Below are positions 12,830 through 26,705 of a stretch of 64,000 nt of DNA, one piece after another. Both the position numbers and the translations under genes were made by a program. Within the stretch, counting starts at the first letter, position 1. Every line of letters begins with the position of its first letter. A model generated the notes under the pieces. The model did not search any database. It was not told the DNA's origin and saw only the letters and a list, made by a program, of their open reading frames with translations. This DNA comes from Octopus sinensis (taxonomy: Eukaryota). The stretch lies in NCBI RefSeq assembly GCF_006345805.1, contig NC_043015.1, forward strand, positions 7,068,001 to 7,132,000. Reading direction: 5' to 3'.

Positions 12830-13832
12830 GCGAGAAGCTGGCAGAAACGTTAGCACGTCTGAAAACAAAGATATATAGTTGCATTTCTTCCGGCACTTTA
12901 TGATCTGTGTGCAAATTCTACCGAGGTCGATTTTGCACTTCGTTGTTTCTGTATCGATAATATAAGTCCGAGAAGGCGGCGAACTGGCAGAATCATTAGC
13001 ACGCCGGGCAAAATGTTTGGCGGTATTTCGTCTGCCGCTACGTTCTGAGTTCAAATTCCGCCAAGGTGTACTTTGCCTTTCATCCTTTCGGGGTCGATAA
13101 ATTAAGTACCAGTTACGCACTGGGGCCGATATAATCGACTTAATCCGTTTGTCTGTCATTGTTTGTCCCCTCTGTGTTTAGCCCCTTGTAGGTAGTAATG
13201 AAACTTATTTCGTCTGTCTTACGTTCTGAGTTCAAATTCCGCTGAGGTCAACTCTGCCTTTCATCCTTTCGGGGTCGATTAAATAAGTACCAGTTACGCA
13301 CTGAGGTCGATTTAATCGACTTAATCCGTTTGTCTGTCATTGTTTGTCCCCTCTGTATTTAGCCCCTTGTGGGTAGTAAAGAAGCATATTTCGTCTGTCG
13401 CTACGTTCTGAGTTCAAATTCCGCTGAGATCGACTTTGCCTTTCATCTTTTCGGGGTCAATTAATAAGTATCAGTTACGCACTGGGGTCGATATAATCGA
13501 CTTAATCTGTTTGTCTGTCATTGTTTGTCCCCTCTGTATTTAGCCCCTTGTGGATAGTAAAGAAATAGGTATTTATTTCGTCTGCTACTACGTTCTGAGT
13601 TCAAATTCCGCCGACTTTGCATTTCATCCTATTGGGATCGATAAATTGAGTACCAGTTGCGTACTGGCGTCGATTTAATCGACTGGCCTCCTCCCCCAAA
13701 ATGTCAGGTCTTGTGCCTAGAATAGAAAAGAATATAAGTACCAGTCAAGTACTAGGATCGATATACTCGCATGAACCCCTCCCCACAAAATTGCTGGCCA
13801 ATGCTAAAATTGGAAACAGTTATTAATGGTAG
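12830..13832 (+). mobile_element. SINE-A tetramer (12972-13730) inserted into an older SINE-A copy
   Basis: One head, then four units starting TATTTCGTCTG at about 13024, 13206, 13387, 13574; three end in tail type 3, the last in CCTAGAATAGAAAAG; AATATAAGT at 12959-12967 and 13731-13739; host halves 12830-12967 and 13740-13832 join into one old copy. Confidence 0.9.
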
Positions 13833-14079
13833 TGATGGAGACAAATTGTCTGATTCGTTAGACTGTGAAAGAAATACCTTGCAGCATCTGTTTCGGATCT
13901 GTATTTATATGCTCTGTGTTTAAATCCTACTGCACACAAAATTTTATTCCTCTGAAGCCGATGAAGCCGATAAAAACAAAGTCAATTATCGGGTCGATGG
14001 TATCGCATGATAACTCTCCTTCCTCTCAAAAGTGCTAGCCATTTACATAATAAACCAGTAATCATTATTTACAGCTTAC

Positions 14080-14268
14080 ACGGCAGCGTGCTGGCAGAAT
14101 CGTTAGGACGCAGGGCGGAATGCTTAGCGCCGTATCGTCTGTCTTTACGTTCAGAGTTCATCCCCTTCAGTTTCGATAAAATAAGTACCAATCGAGCACT
14201 GGGGCCGATGCAATCGACTTACCCCCATCCTCGAAATTGTTGGCCTTCAGTCAAAATTTGAAACTATT
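14080..14268 (+). mobile_element. SINE-A with internal deletion; tail runs into a (TAT)n tract
   Basis: GGCAGCGTGCTGGCAGAATCGTTAGGACGCAGGGCGGAATGCTTAGCG..CGATAAAATAAGTACC..CTGGGGCCGATGCAATCGAC..CAAAATTTGAAACTATTATT. Confidence 0.85.
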
Positions 14269-14437
14269 ATTATCATTATCATTATTTTACTATTATTATT
14301 ATCATTATCTTACTATTATTATTATCATTATCTTACTATTATTATTATCATTATCTTACTATTATTATTATTATTATCTTACTATTATTATTATTATGGT
14401 GGTGGTGGTAGTAGTAGTGGTGGCGGTATTAGTAGTA

Positions 14438-14470
<33 letters not shown>

Positions 14471-14610
14471 ATAGTAGTAGTAGTAGTGGTGATGGCAGTA
14501 GTAGTAGTAGTGGTGGTGGTGGTGATGGTAGTAGTAGTAGAAGTGGTGATGGTAGTAGTAGTAGTAGTGGTGGTGGTGGTGGTGGTGGTAGTAGTAGAAG
14601 TAGTAGTAGT
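14266..14610. repeat. Trinucleotide microsatellite complex (TAT/CAT)n then (GTA/GTG)n
   Basis: Direct reading; source of poly-Y/I/V, poly-T and poly-H/Y ORFs. Confidence 0.95.
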
Positions 14611-15631
14611 TAAACAATTTATGAACTCTTGTGTGCTGGGAAAACATTCCGTCACGAATATTTTGACAATTATGGGTGGCGGGGTTGATTACAGTAATTT
14701 AAAAAAAAATTTGTTTAATTTTTGAAGTTCGTGTTGCATTACTTTTACGGTATGCTCTATAATTTTAACAAATGGAATAAGGAAAATATTCGTGAAATGA
14801 GAATTTGTAATTTATCTTTCCGTTAATGAATGTGCGCAGTGGAGTGTGCAACGTATACCACATATATAGGACCTATTATTTCCATTTTATGAAGCTGATT
14901 CCACGCCTTTAACTATAATGTCAAAATACTTGGAAGAGTTCAGTATTCATGAATGAATGTGAACATCTAACATATCAAATAAAAACGCAATAAATATAGT
15001 AAATTTTCACAACTTCTCTTTAGGGAATCAAACATGAATATCTCGATTTTTTCTCTTCCAAATATTTGCCACTTATATAGTCAACGTCATTTGATTGGAT
15101 TCTTTCTCAGCAGCTTTTGGTTAAGGCCGTGAGTGAATACTTAGATTTCGATTTTGCTGCAACCACCCAATCTCGTAAAACGCAATAACTTTCGTTTGAT
15201 AGTGCCACTTTCATGTAAAGTATTTCGCACTTCCGCGTCCCTCATTGTAAAATATATATATATATTTATGTTATCCATATGTTCATGGGATGTATACATT
15301 TTGCTACATGATGTTCTTTTTCTCTAGCCCATTCAAAAGGAGCACTAATAGATTCCTACGTATATGTTTTAGTTTATCAAAGGCATTACCCACCACGAGT
15401 TCAAAATACAACCAGGGAATAACACAACACGAATGATACGTATAAATTCTTCTCATTATATATATATATATATGCGTTGTGAAACAAAACAAAATCACCA
15501 AAGTGCTATGTAAATACATGCCGCAATGTATTATGTGGTAAACAATAAAAAATATTATTAATAACACTTCGTAAACATGATGAATAGATTCCAACTATCA
15601 GAAAAAACAAGCAACATCTAACACGGATACA

Positions 15632-15636
15632 TATGC

Positions 15637-15689
<53 letters not shown>

Positions 15690-16195
15690 CATATATACAT
15701 ATATATATACACATACATACATACATATATATATATATACACATACATACATATATAATATATACACATACATACATACATATTATATATATATATACAC
15801 ATACATACATATATATATATATACACATACATACATACATATATATATATATCACATACATATATATATATACACATACATACATATATATATATATATA
15901 CACATACATACATACATATATATATACACATACATACATATATATATTATATATACACATACATACATACATATATATATACACATACATACATACATAT
16001 ATATATATACACTACATACATAATATATACACATACATACATACATATATATATATATATACACACATACATACACATATATATATATACACATACATAC
16101 ACATATATATATATACACATACATACACATATATATATATACATACATATATATTATATATATATACATACATATATATATATATATACACTACA

Positions 16196-16238
<43 letters not shown>

Positions 16239-16270
16239 TTTGCATTCATACATAGATAGTTGCATACATA
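15632..16270. repeat. Compound (TA)n/(TACA)n microsatellite with higher-order units
   Basis: Recurrent TATATATATACACATACATACATACA-like blocks. Confidence 0.95.
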
Positions 16271-16368
16271 CATGCATGAATACGCACGTGGCTCCTTTAT
16301 AAATATCGAAATCCAAACTGATCGAAATATGAAATCAAACAGCAATCACAGAAACACAAATACATACT

Positions 16369-16400
<32 letters not shown>

Positions 16401-17775
16401 CCACACTCATACACACACGCACTCGCCCAAAAACACCCAGCACACACACAAACAGAAAATTGAATAAACACATAAAACATACGCTTGCCAATCAATAATG
16501 GATGCGGGAATTCATTTAAAGACGAAAAAAATATTGTTTTGGAATAAACCCGTAGACAAAATAGAAGAAAAATAGATTAAAAAATTATACATCATGTAAA
16601 AATTACAATAAGAATTTTACGCTCAATTGTCACGGAATTAGTAGAGAAAAATAATGTTATTTTTATAATTACTTTTTTCTTCTTCCAGAACAATGATTGG
16701 TGTTTTATTAATAGAAGCGGAAATGTTGGTAGGGTGTACTTATTTTTTTTATATCACCGATTGTCAACAGCTCTTCAATTATTGTTAAATTGGAAAACGG
16801 AAGCAATTAATGAGGTTTAAAGATTAAAAGCCTATTAAAACTCAGTGTTATGAAAACGTGATTTGGTTTAGTTATAAAAAAGTAAAGATAACAAACAAAA
16901 ACAAAACAAAAGGAAAAAAAATCAACGAAGGACCCACAACCAAGACAAGTGTAAAACTAACAATTTAATAATCGATTACAAAATAAGTTGTCAATGAAAT
17001 AAAGTTAGGGGTTCAACTTGGTTGTATGAATGGTGTGAAAACTTATCCGAGTTCTTGTTATATTCTGAAGACTGTCTTGCAATTTATAACCCAAATAACT
17101 GAGAACAGGAAAGCAAACAAAATTAAACAAGGAAGCAAAAACGAAGCGCCATTTACATCTTATCACAGCTAATATTACATGTTCAAATTTCTGAGTCTTT
17201 CACACCATGCGCTATCATAGCAATTTCTATATGGCTTTCAGAAAATTTAATGGCTTTTAGATTAATAGTTTTCTATGAGGTTTTTCTTTGGAGTGCTTCT
17301 TAATCGAAAAGTTCATCTCAATGATGGTAAAGGTTACTACCAGCTAATTACAGTCTGGAATGAAGTTTTCATAGCAATTATCACATGCCGACTGTAAACA
17401 AATTAAAAATTCAAGGGTAATTGAAAGCCGCAATTCAAACCGCTGACATATTTTAGTTTGTGTCCTGCAAGTAGAGCATTAAATACAGATACACAACAGT
17501 TAAAACCACATTTACTGCCGGTGCAGAATACACTGTTGATTGGCTGTGTATACTTATGCGTTGTGATTTGACCTGCAATGGGATACTATTCTCTTCAAAG
17601 TTCGCACAAAACTATCTAGCTAGTTATCAATCTGAATGCATATATCTCTGAGATGATGTGTGTATGGTGTGTGTATGTATATATTGATGTATATATACCT
17701 GCGTGTTATATCAGAGGGTATAGTGCCACAAAGCTGAATAGAAGAGAGATGGAAACAGCTAGCCAGCAAAGATCA

Positions 17776-18208
17776 TGCAACTTTAGAATTCGTGAGAACT
17801 GTCCACTAGATGGCAACTGTCTGCAAATGTCGATAGTTTACAATAAAAATATGTATCAAACAGTAGTGGTCAACCTAAATCATACACTAGGTTGACGGAA
17901 CTCAAATACAAAAACCGTTATTACAAGTATACACATTCATTTGTCGACCCAGACAAAAATCGTGCTATGGCTATGTCGGAGTTTATGTTTCTTGCGAGAG
18001 ACAAGTCTTCGTTAAAGCAAAATTATCTGGTCTATTGTCGATAATGCGCAACATTGCAGGAACGGAAGCTTCAAATCAAAGATGTGGTATGACCTTTATG
18101 CGAGCGATAAAACTTAGAATTTTGACTCTAGGCGTAAATAGTTTGAACAAAAGAAATGAGATGTTAACGCCTTGTATGCACGCGGCTAAGTATTTTTTAT
18201 GCAAATAA
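17776..18208 (+). mobile_element. Penelope-like element GIY-YIG endonuclease remnant (frameshifted)
   Basis: CNFRIRENCPLDGNCLQMSIVY / PKSYTRLTELKYKNRYYKYTHSFVDPDKNRAMAMSEF / IIWSIVDNAQ / KLRILTLGVNSLNKRNEMLTPCMHAAKYFL*, colinear with the PLE C-terminus pattern CNCR..CPLDG.C..SIVY..YIG.TE..FK.RY..H..SF..W.I..LNKR.E..C.H. Confidence 0.85.
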
Positions 18209-18965
18209 TTGCCTCAGAGACTTTTGTTCTAGCTCACATACATACACACACACAAGTTTGGTTTTCGAAATGTTTACTTACAAGGTTTTATTGATATACG
18301 TTTTAATATGTGGGTGCTGGCTATATATGAATATATGTTTATAAGCATGTGTACATGTATGTGTACCACTAATATATATTTGTTTGTATATATGTGTATC
18401 TCTTTGTGTACATATGTCCATGTGTATGCGTCTGCATAGATGCATGCAAAATGGATATCTGTTTATGCATTGTTTTTTAAAAACACTAATTAAAAATATT
18501 AATTAAAGTATTGTTTTGGAACATTACTTAAACAGCAACGCAGATTCAGGACTCTGATTGTATGGAGTTTATGACGTTTATAATAATATTACCACAAGAA
18601 CAAGAAATGAAATCTAAGGCATGACTTGAAGCAGCCATTTTTGTTACGTGTCGTTCACAAAGCTTTCAAAAAAGAACTTAAGGACAAATGTTTCCTTCAA
18701 AGTTTTATTTCCTATTTCATATTTCAAAAAATACTCAGACAGTGAATACTCAAAAGAAAACTGATTTCAGTTTAACAGGAAATTTTGAATGCTGATAAAC
18801 GGAGCCTTTCCAGTGATGGCATATTAAAGAATACTCTATATTTGTATTGAGTCCTGTATTTTATTGGTTCTGGTGAATCAAATGAGATTGACGTACATGC
18901 ATCCATACATGCATACTCAAACACATGCATACATATATAAATACATACATACATACACACATGCA

Positions 18966-19299
18966 CGGTAAAAACCCCTTCCGTCATGAACGTGCGTGGG
19001 ATTGTGCCAATAAATTAACCCTCCGAAGCACAAGTCCGGACGCGGTTCTTTATGGAAGACCGGCGTTCGCCCATGCTTACCAGCCTCCCCTCTCTACGGT
19101 ACAGATGTCATCCAAAGGAAACGCAAAGGCTGATACAGCTTGGCACCAGTGACGTCGCAACACATTTCTACATGGAGTGAAATGGAGTGACGTGAAATAG
19201 AGTGTCATGCTCAAGAGCACAACACAGAACCCGGTCCAAGAATCGAACTCACTACCCCACGGTTGTGAGTTTGATACTCTAACTACTTAGCTATGCGCC
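18966..19299 (-). mobile_element. tRNA-headed SINE, third type
   Basis: Reverse complement begins GGCGCATAGCTAAGTAGTTAGAG..GAGTTCGATTCTTGGACC (A/B boxes), then GTTGTGCTCTTGAGCATGACAC typical of a post-tRNA SINE core. Confidence 0.7.
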
Positions 19300-19439
19300 T
19301 TCTTTGCATACATGCATTATATGTATGTAAATATTGGTTTGAGATCAAGAAAATATCGTAATTTCTTAAGAGTTAATGCACAAATAAGGAATTTTTTATA
19401 CACCAATGCAGTGTTGAGTACTCACTGATCGACATTTCC

Positions 19440-19484
<45 letters not shown>

Positions 19485-19592
19485 ATGCGTGTGTGTGTGT
19501 GTGTACATATATATATAGATACACATACATGCATGCATACATACATTACATATATATATATATTTACATATACACACATGCATGCATACATA

Positions 19593-19633
<41 letters not shown>

Positions 19634-19667
19634 CACACATGCATGCATACATACACTATATCTATGC

Positions 19668-19709
<42 letters not shown>

Positions 19710-19941
19710 ATGTACGTATGCTTGCATAAGCCCGAGTGGTGACATTAACTTCCTTATTCGGGGTATAACGATGCAGTTGTGTGTCAGTAGCCAGTTGGAA
19801 AAGATGCTTTCCTGAGGCTTAAAAAATGTAGTAACATCGTCCTTATCAGGACTGCCAATTTTCGTTGGCAAATAGATTTTACTCTCTCTATCTCTCTCAT
19901 TATTTCTTTCTCAGTCTCGTTCTGTGTATGTGTGTATATAT

Positions 19942-20032
<91 letters not shown>

Positions 20033-20036
20033 TACA
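19440..20036. repeat. (TA)n/(TG)n/(TACA)n microsatellite clusters (19440-19710 and 19925-20036)
   Basis: Direct reading. Confidence 0.9.
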
Positions 20037-20038
20037 TA

Positions 20039-20408
20039 GGCGCAGGAGTGGGTGTGTGGTAAGTAGCTTGCTAACCAACCACACGGTTGCGGGTTCAGTC
20101 CCACTGCGTGGCATCTTGGGCAAGTGTCTTCTGCTATAGCCCCGGGCCGACCAATGCCTTGTGAGTGGATTTGGTAGACGGAAACTGAAAGAAGCCTGTC
20201 GTATATATGTATATATATGTATATGTGTGTGTGTTTGTGTGTCTGTGTTTGTCCCCCTAGCATTGCTTGACAACCGATGCTGGTGTGTTTAGGTCCCCGT
20301 CACTTAGCGGTTCGGCAAAAAGAGACCGATAGAATAAGTACTAAAAGGTGGTGCTCCAGCATGGCCGCAGTCAAATGACTGAAACAAGTAAAAGAGTAAA
20401 AAAAGAGT
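20039..20408 (+). mobile_element. SINE-B, near full length (small 3' deletion)
   Basis: GGCGCAGGAGTGGGTGTGTGGTAAG..GGGTTCAGTCCC (tRNA-like head), CTTGGGCAAGTGTCTT core, internal (TA)/(TG), tail GCTCCAGCATGGCCGCAGTCAAATGACTGAAACAAGTAAAAGAG; embedded in (TA)n. Confidence 0.9.
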
Positions 20409-22010
20409 ATATATATATACACAGTAATGTATCTGTGTAGAGACATTTTTACGTATTTTTGCTATATTGTTCACATTGTTGATAAGAACCCGATTCCTGT
20501 CTTTTATCACCATTGATATTTCCTCATATCTTTGATGTATATACACTCTATTTGCACGTTTTATCTTGAATGTCTTTATGAACACACCACCGTGCATCTT
20601 ATCAAAGAAACAAGAATATTGTACATTATCTGTTCCACAAGCGAAATGCAATTTACTCGGGACATGTTCATGTTTGTGTTTATATAGGCTTTTAAAGTTT
20701 TGCAGTTAATTACTAGAAAACGAATAAGTGGCGAGAAATAAAAGACTAGATTGTAAGCATTATAAGGTGTGGTAAGTTAAACAATATTAGGATTTGCTAG
20801 TGAACTCGTAAAGAGAGAATAACAGATAATTGCAATTACTTAATTGATTGAATAGTTATCGCAAACTATTCAACTTATTTTGATAATCCGATCAATAATA
20901 GGCTATACTTTGATTAAGGAAACGATTTAATTAAAATTTTAGCTAAAAATAGAATTTATCCATGAGATGGATGCTACTAAAGTGAGTCAAGATTACAGAA
21001 CACAGACACAAAACTTGTCTTCTTCATTTGTATTTTCACCTTCCGTGGATCTCTTTTCAAACGATCTGCTAGTCAGGATTATATTGCATTTTCTAAATTC
21101 ATCGCATTTTTATAAAAAGGATTTACCACATGGACACAATGTCACAAAAAGTTTTCGTGAGAATGAATTGTACTGCCACCATCGCTTCATTGTCTTTTTG
21201 CTATCAATCTTGGAGACTGCCCTTGGTGATTTACGAATCTCATTGACTGTAAATTAAAGTTGAGTTATATCAACACCACACATTATTTGATGGCAACTCT
21301 ACAGAATTTCTATTTCATGAAAATGCATTCCAGCATAAAAGCTAATCATGTTTTTGTGTCGCGAAATTTAGTAGACTCTCACTGCAAATATATGCTCTCG
21401 TATATAAAACAGAAATGATTGTTATATTTAAACTTGCATCACAGGAAATATTACAAATGAAATCATTTAAGAAGAGACACTACACGTTTTACCATATCCT
21501 TACGTAGATAGAGATAATAAACAATAACTCTTCTAGTATAAAGCGTATAATACCCGGGTACAGTTATAAGGAACTGTAGAAAAGACAACTTATGGGATGA
21601 TGGATGTGAGAAGATTTCATAATAAATTATCTTCAAATATATAGAAGTCGCACGAAGAGAATGTCTTCTAGTGCTGATATTAACCCCATAAATTTTCAAT
21701 TTATAAGACATGAATAAGGTTGGCAGGCACAAACAATACAGTCGTATTCACAAGACACGAGAATATATATATTTACATATAAGTATACATATATATATCA
21801 AGTTTTGAAATAAAATATGAAAAGGCGAGTAAATAGATCAAGTGTTGTACGATGGATGTTCGAAATCATGACCAACATGAAAATGTAAATTAAGAAATGG
21901 TAGATTTTTAGAAATATACATTATAACCTATTACAGTATATATACCAACCAATTGCACGTAATAGGTTGTAACAATGATTTCGAACTTCAGCAGACGACA
22001 ACCACAGATT

Positions 22011-22200
22011 TAACAAGATTACAGTCCATTAAATCTACCCGAGTATTTGGATGGTATTCTATGTTATCAAAACTCCCGGAAAGATCAAAGGACAAATTTG
22101 ACCTCAGTGGGTTTCTAACTGAGTAACTAAAGTACTATAAGGAAATATACCACAAAGGCATTTGTCCGACGCACTGACTATTCTGCCAATCTACTGCCTT
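22011..22200 (-). mobile_element. SINE-A, old decayed copy
   Basis: GGAAAGATCAAAGGACAAATTTGACCTCAG..GGCATTTGTCCGACGCACTGACTATTCTGCCAATCTACTGCCTT. Confidence 0.6.
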
Positions 22201-22311
22201 ATCATAATAATACCACATGAATGAATATCGGTAGTAAGTTAATTTGCGAAATATCAGAAACACTAGCGATGCCAAATTATCAGGAAAAATACTCAATGAA
22301 TAATAATAATG

Positions 22312-22370
<59 letters not shown>

Positions 22371-22607
22371 GTAGTAGAAAATATATTATCCTGCCCAAAA
22401 GTATTATATCTGAAGCGAGCCAACCATGTAAACTAAAATGAGCATTAGATATGTTTTCCGCTTATGCGTTTTACAGCAAGCTTATCCATGCATTCATGAT
22501 ACGATATTAAACATGATTTTATTAGGAGTATAGGGAATGCAGCTTTTGATTGCGTTGCATATATGGACGTCTGAATGCCCGAGGTTTCTCTGTATCATTT
22601 CTTCTCT

Positions 22608-22649
<42 letters not shown>

Positions 22650-22989
22650 TTGTTAGTTTTATTGGTTATTTTATGTTATTTTTGTTAGACTTGCAATTCA
22701 AATTTGTTGTCTCCGCCGAAGTTGTTTGATTGGAGGCAATCTATATAACAGATTTTCTACATCACTGAAGCAATGTATGTTTATGTTCTTAGAAATATAG
22801 ATGCAAACATGCTGATATATTCATAAACCAAGGGAAACTCTGAAAGCACACATATAATCTCAAACATATACAAACACACGCGCACACAAATATAAATATA
22901 GAAAGAGAGAGGGAAAGCGAGAGGGAGCGAGAAAGACAGAGCAGTATTAATACACTTGTATATAATCATACATTTGTACATGTATGTAG

Positions 22990-23123
22990 AGTTAATAGAT
23001 GTACATACATACACACAAACACACACATATACACACACACATATATATATATATACATGGTGTATATATGTATATATATTTATATGTATATATAATTATA
23101 CAAATATCTAGACATACACAAAC

Positions 23124-23168
<45 letters not shown>

Positions 23169-23380
23169 ATATATATATAGTTATGCATATATATCTAGAC
23201 ACACACCTATGCATATATACGTATATAAATATATATACACACAGACATATATATGCATATGTATATATATACATATTTATATATATATATGTATATATAT
23301 ATATATACATTCATATGCATATATATGTATGTATATACACACGCATGCACATATATTTTATATGCATTCATATCATATAT
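22990..23380. repeat. Compound (CA)n/(TA)n microsatellite
   Basis: Direct reading. Confidence 0.9.
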
Positions 23381-25173
23381 TTATGTAGAGTGTGTGTATG
23401 TTTAAATGTGTGTGCAAGTATTTACACACGCAATAGTTTTAACTTTTATGTAATAAATGTTGTCTTTCCCCGAGCAGATGATTGATTTTTAGCTTCTCTC
23501 TAGAAATTATCAATATTGTTTTCTCATTCTGTTATATCGGACAGACAAGATCATCTTCCTCGTTCATTGCGGAAATTTGCTATTATATAACTTTTTACCA
23601 GACCACAGGAAAGTTCTCGTCAATCTCAGACAGACTTGTCTGTTCATCATTCAGTCTGAAAATGCACTAGAAGGAGGTTGCAGCACAGAAACGATAGTGC
23701 AACATAACGTATACCTAATAATGTGAGAAATTCTGCTTCGTGCTAAAGAAACTGATACGTGGCTTTCATTTTTCGACGTTCCCATGCATGCATCTTCCGT
23801 TCTAGAGTTAATCCGTTACTCCGTTGTACGGCTCTGTAACTGTAGACTATAGTGTACTTTATCGGAATCCACTAAATTGTATTGCCTCCACTTCTAGATT
23901 ACTTCTGTTGTGAGTGGAACATTTGTTCATATTGTCAATCGTTCAGGATTCTACGAAAGGATGATAGGTGTTTCTTTTCATTAGTAGGGTAAATTATCAA
24001 AAATCTTAAGATCTTGGGAGAATCATAGTGTTTAGAATGTAGGTTTATTTTAGATGTGTTGGGAATATATTCATATAGAATAAAATCAATGATGTTCTTA
24101 ATCCATTGAGTTTTCGGTCTGAACACTCCCTACTCTGTTGCCCTTTGTTGAATTTCACATCTTTTTCTAACTATTCTTTTTGTCCAGAACTGTGTCCTAA
24201 TGCTACATCGCCGGTTGCAGATCCGGGGGTATTCACATAGAGGTTTTTTTTTGTTGTATTATCAGCAGAGACCAAAATCGGATTAGAACACCAAGAAACT
24301 AAATGTCTCATATGATACACTGAATATGATACAAAGCACGCAATGCTGTAGGGCGCAATTTTTGAAAGACGATGGAAGAACGGAGATTATTATTATATAT
24401 ATATACATACGTCTGTATACACATAACCACACAAACTCACATAGGCATATACATATATAGATATATGCAAATATATGTATGTATGTATCTCTGTATCTCC
24501 CTCTCTCCGTGCATGTGTATGTGCGTGCGCATTGTGTTGTGGGGGGGAGTGCGTGTGTGTGGTGTATATTTCTGGAAATAACTGTTATTCGTTATTTCGA
24601 TGGTATTAGCAATCGCCTTCTTAGCAATTTGAATAAATTCATCGTCCGCAGAAACATATATTTCTAGAAATATTCTTGGAGCATGAAACCAAAATAGGTA
24701 TTTTTCCATTAAGCACAACGAGTTGCTTGGAAGCGTAATTTTAAAATTGTTATCATACGTTGTATTGATTCTACAAGCTCTTACGAAGTACCATGTATTA
24801 TATCATATGGCTATAACAAGAGAAGCCTCTTAAAATCGACTTCCTATCACATTCAGAAATGAAGTCGTGTTCTATATATTATATGAAATATTTCATATGT
24901 CGTTTCTATAGCAACGGTAGATATAATTACAGGTTTAACATACTTGAAATTTAGTTGCCGAGAATCTTACACGACTTAGCCTCTATTGGAGGTGCCAAAG
25001 AGGTATACATCGAATAATAAAGTCAAATGTATTGAATTTGATCTTCAGACACGACAGAAGTAAATAGACACACCATAAAAACATCGGTTTCTGTTTATTC
25101 TAACTTGTAAAGGTTTATATCTAGTATTAATTGACATTTTTATGCTTCAGGTTCTATATGTGACTGTTTAATC

Positions 25174-25430
25174 ATGCCATATATAAGAGGAACCTTAGAA
25201 CTGTATGAATTTCAAACAGGCCGTACTCTGGGTCATTCTCAAGGTGGGCATACAGTAAAACCGCAGAAAACTTGAGATCCCGCTTTCTACTGTTACTAGA
25301 GTGATTGTGCAATTCACCAGAGATGGGAACGAGTCACAACGCCCAGGTCAATCAAGGCCTTCTGACAGGACCCTTCCCTTTGTTAAGAGAAATGTGGATA
25401 AATCTCGTCACAAGTTCTCTGACATAAGTG
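25174..25430 (+). mobile_element. Tc1-like transposase N-terminal (HTH) remnant
   Basis: MPYIRGTLELYEFQTGRTLGHSQGG then after a frameshift RKLEIPLSTVTRVIVQFTRDGNESQRPGQSRPSDRTLPFVKRNV; fits the Tc1 pattern EL.EF..GRI.G..G..IA..L.IP.STV.RVI..F..G..RPGRPR. No DDE domain or TIR seen. Confidence 0.75.
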
Positions 25431-25688
25431 CATATGTCTATTGTGTGTGTATTACACTGTATGTTTCTATGTATTATTTAGGTTTTGGGTTTTTTTTTCT
25501 ATTGGCTTTTCCTCTCTCTCTTCTCATCCCTTCACTCTGCAGTCATATGCTGCGTTGTTGTGGTGGGTGTTATTGTTCCATTCGTGTTTTGTATTGAGGC
25601 TCGGTCTGTCTACCACTATGTCTATGTGTGTAGCCTCCGTTATCTGTCTAAATGTTTGTATCAGTTCTATGTGTGGATAATACCTTAA

Positions 25689-25730
<42 letters not shown>

Positions 25731-25763
25731 TCATATACATATACATACACAGACACACATATA

Positions 25764-26044
25764 TGTGTGTGTCTGTGTATGTATATAAGTATACATACAC
25801 ACATACATATACGTGTGTGTGTCTGTGTGATAGAAATACTTGTGTATAGCGTGGAACAATATTATGTCTTGGAACATATATGTGTGTGTCTGTGTATGTA
25901 TATAAGTATACACACACACACACACACACACACACATGTGTGTGTCTGTGTATGTATATAAGTATACATACACACATACATATACGTGTGTGTGTCTGTG
26001 TGATAGAAATACTTGTGTATAGCGTGGAACAATATTATGTCTTG
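25764..26044 (+). repeat. Tandem duplication, period about 173 bp, inside a microsatellite
   Basis: GTGATAGAAATACTTGTGTATAGCGTGGAACAATATTATGTCTTG and the upstream block occur twice (ending 25871 and 26044). Confidence 0.9.
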
Positions 26045-26493
26045 TAAAGGGGATTCTAATTCGGGATTTCAATATCATATTAATTCTGTTTCACGAAACC
26101 TGCACTCCCTCAACAGAAAAGAGCAAAAGAAGAACGATGCCGTTTATCTAAAACATTATCCTTTATAGTACGAATCATTTGAAGTTTTTGAAAGGAATTA
26201 AATTCCATTGGGTGACTGACAGTTGAACTATAGATCAACATTAGCGGAGATGCTTCTTATAAATCACAAACCAAAAGTAAGAATTTTACTCAATATCTGT
26301 AGCAAGAAAATCGGAAAATAAGATTTATAAATTTCCCTGCAAGAACCGTCTTTGTTCATCTTTCTGCTAATTCTGACACCTTGATGATGAAAAGGCTCTC
26401 TCGATGATACGTAGTAAGCGATACGCAAGACATAACTTTGTCTTTACATATAATTTACACAGCATTTAATGCTCCAATATCAGTTGTAGGTAT

Positions 26494-26705
26494 AAGGGGT
26501 GAAGTGGCAGAATCGTTAGCACGCCGGGCGAAATGCTTAGCGGTATTTCGTCTGTCATTATGTTCTGAGTTCAAGTTCCGCCGCGGTCAACTTAATCTTT
26601 CATCCTTTCGAAGTCAATAAAATAAGTACCAGTAGCATATTGGATCGATCTAATCGACTGGCTCCCTCCCTAAAACTTTCGGGCCTTGTGCCAAGAGTAG
26701 AAAAG
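26494..26705 (+). mobile_element. SINE-A monomer (tail type 2) with TSD
   Basis: Head, body and tail GGGCCTTGTGCCAAGAGTAGAAAAG; AATATCAGTTGTAGGTAT at 26476-26493 vs AATATCAGTTG-AGGTAT at 26706-26722. Confidence 0.9.

Noticed and set aside
12972-13730. Regular 180-bp array as a CRISPR-like locus
   Set aside because: Whole units are homologous, with no unique spacers, no cas genes and a eukaryotic context; it is a SINE multimer.
14237-14725. Poly-His/Tyr, poly-Thr and poly-Val ORFs resembling His-rich or mucin-like proteins
   Set aside because: Pure trinucleotide microsatellite grown from a SINE-A tail; no unique coding context. The same applies to 3039..3329, 4189..4389 and 22135..22436.
16689-16728. 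Strong acceptor plus 40-nt segment (NNDWCFINRSGNV)
   Set aside because: Weak donor and no recognisable homology; expected by chance.
20039-20110. tRNA-like heads (also 19230-19299 and 46930-47001) as tRNA genes
   Set aside because: A/B boxes are present but I could not fold a full cloverleaf, and each continues into a SINE body.
20304-21257. ORFs 20304..20651 (-) and 20967..21257 (+) in partly unique sequence
   Set aside because: No recognisable domain, the first runs into SINE-B, and lengths are within chance expectation.
23599-23655. Minus-strand 57-nt symmetric exon candidate (LNDEQTSLSEIDENFPVV, vaguely cadherin-like)
   Set aside because: Splice sites only moderate and cadherin motifs absent; cannot be supported without RNA data.
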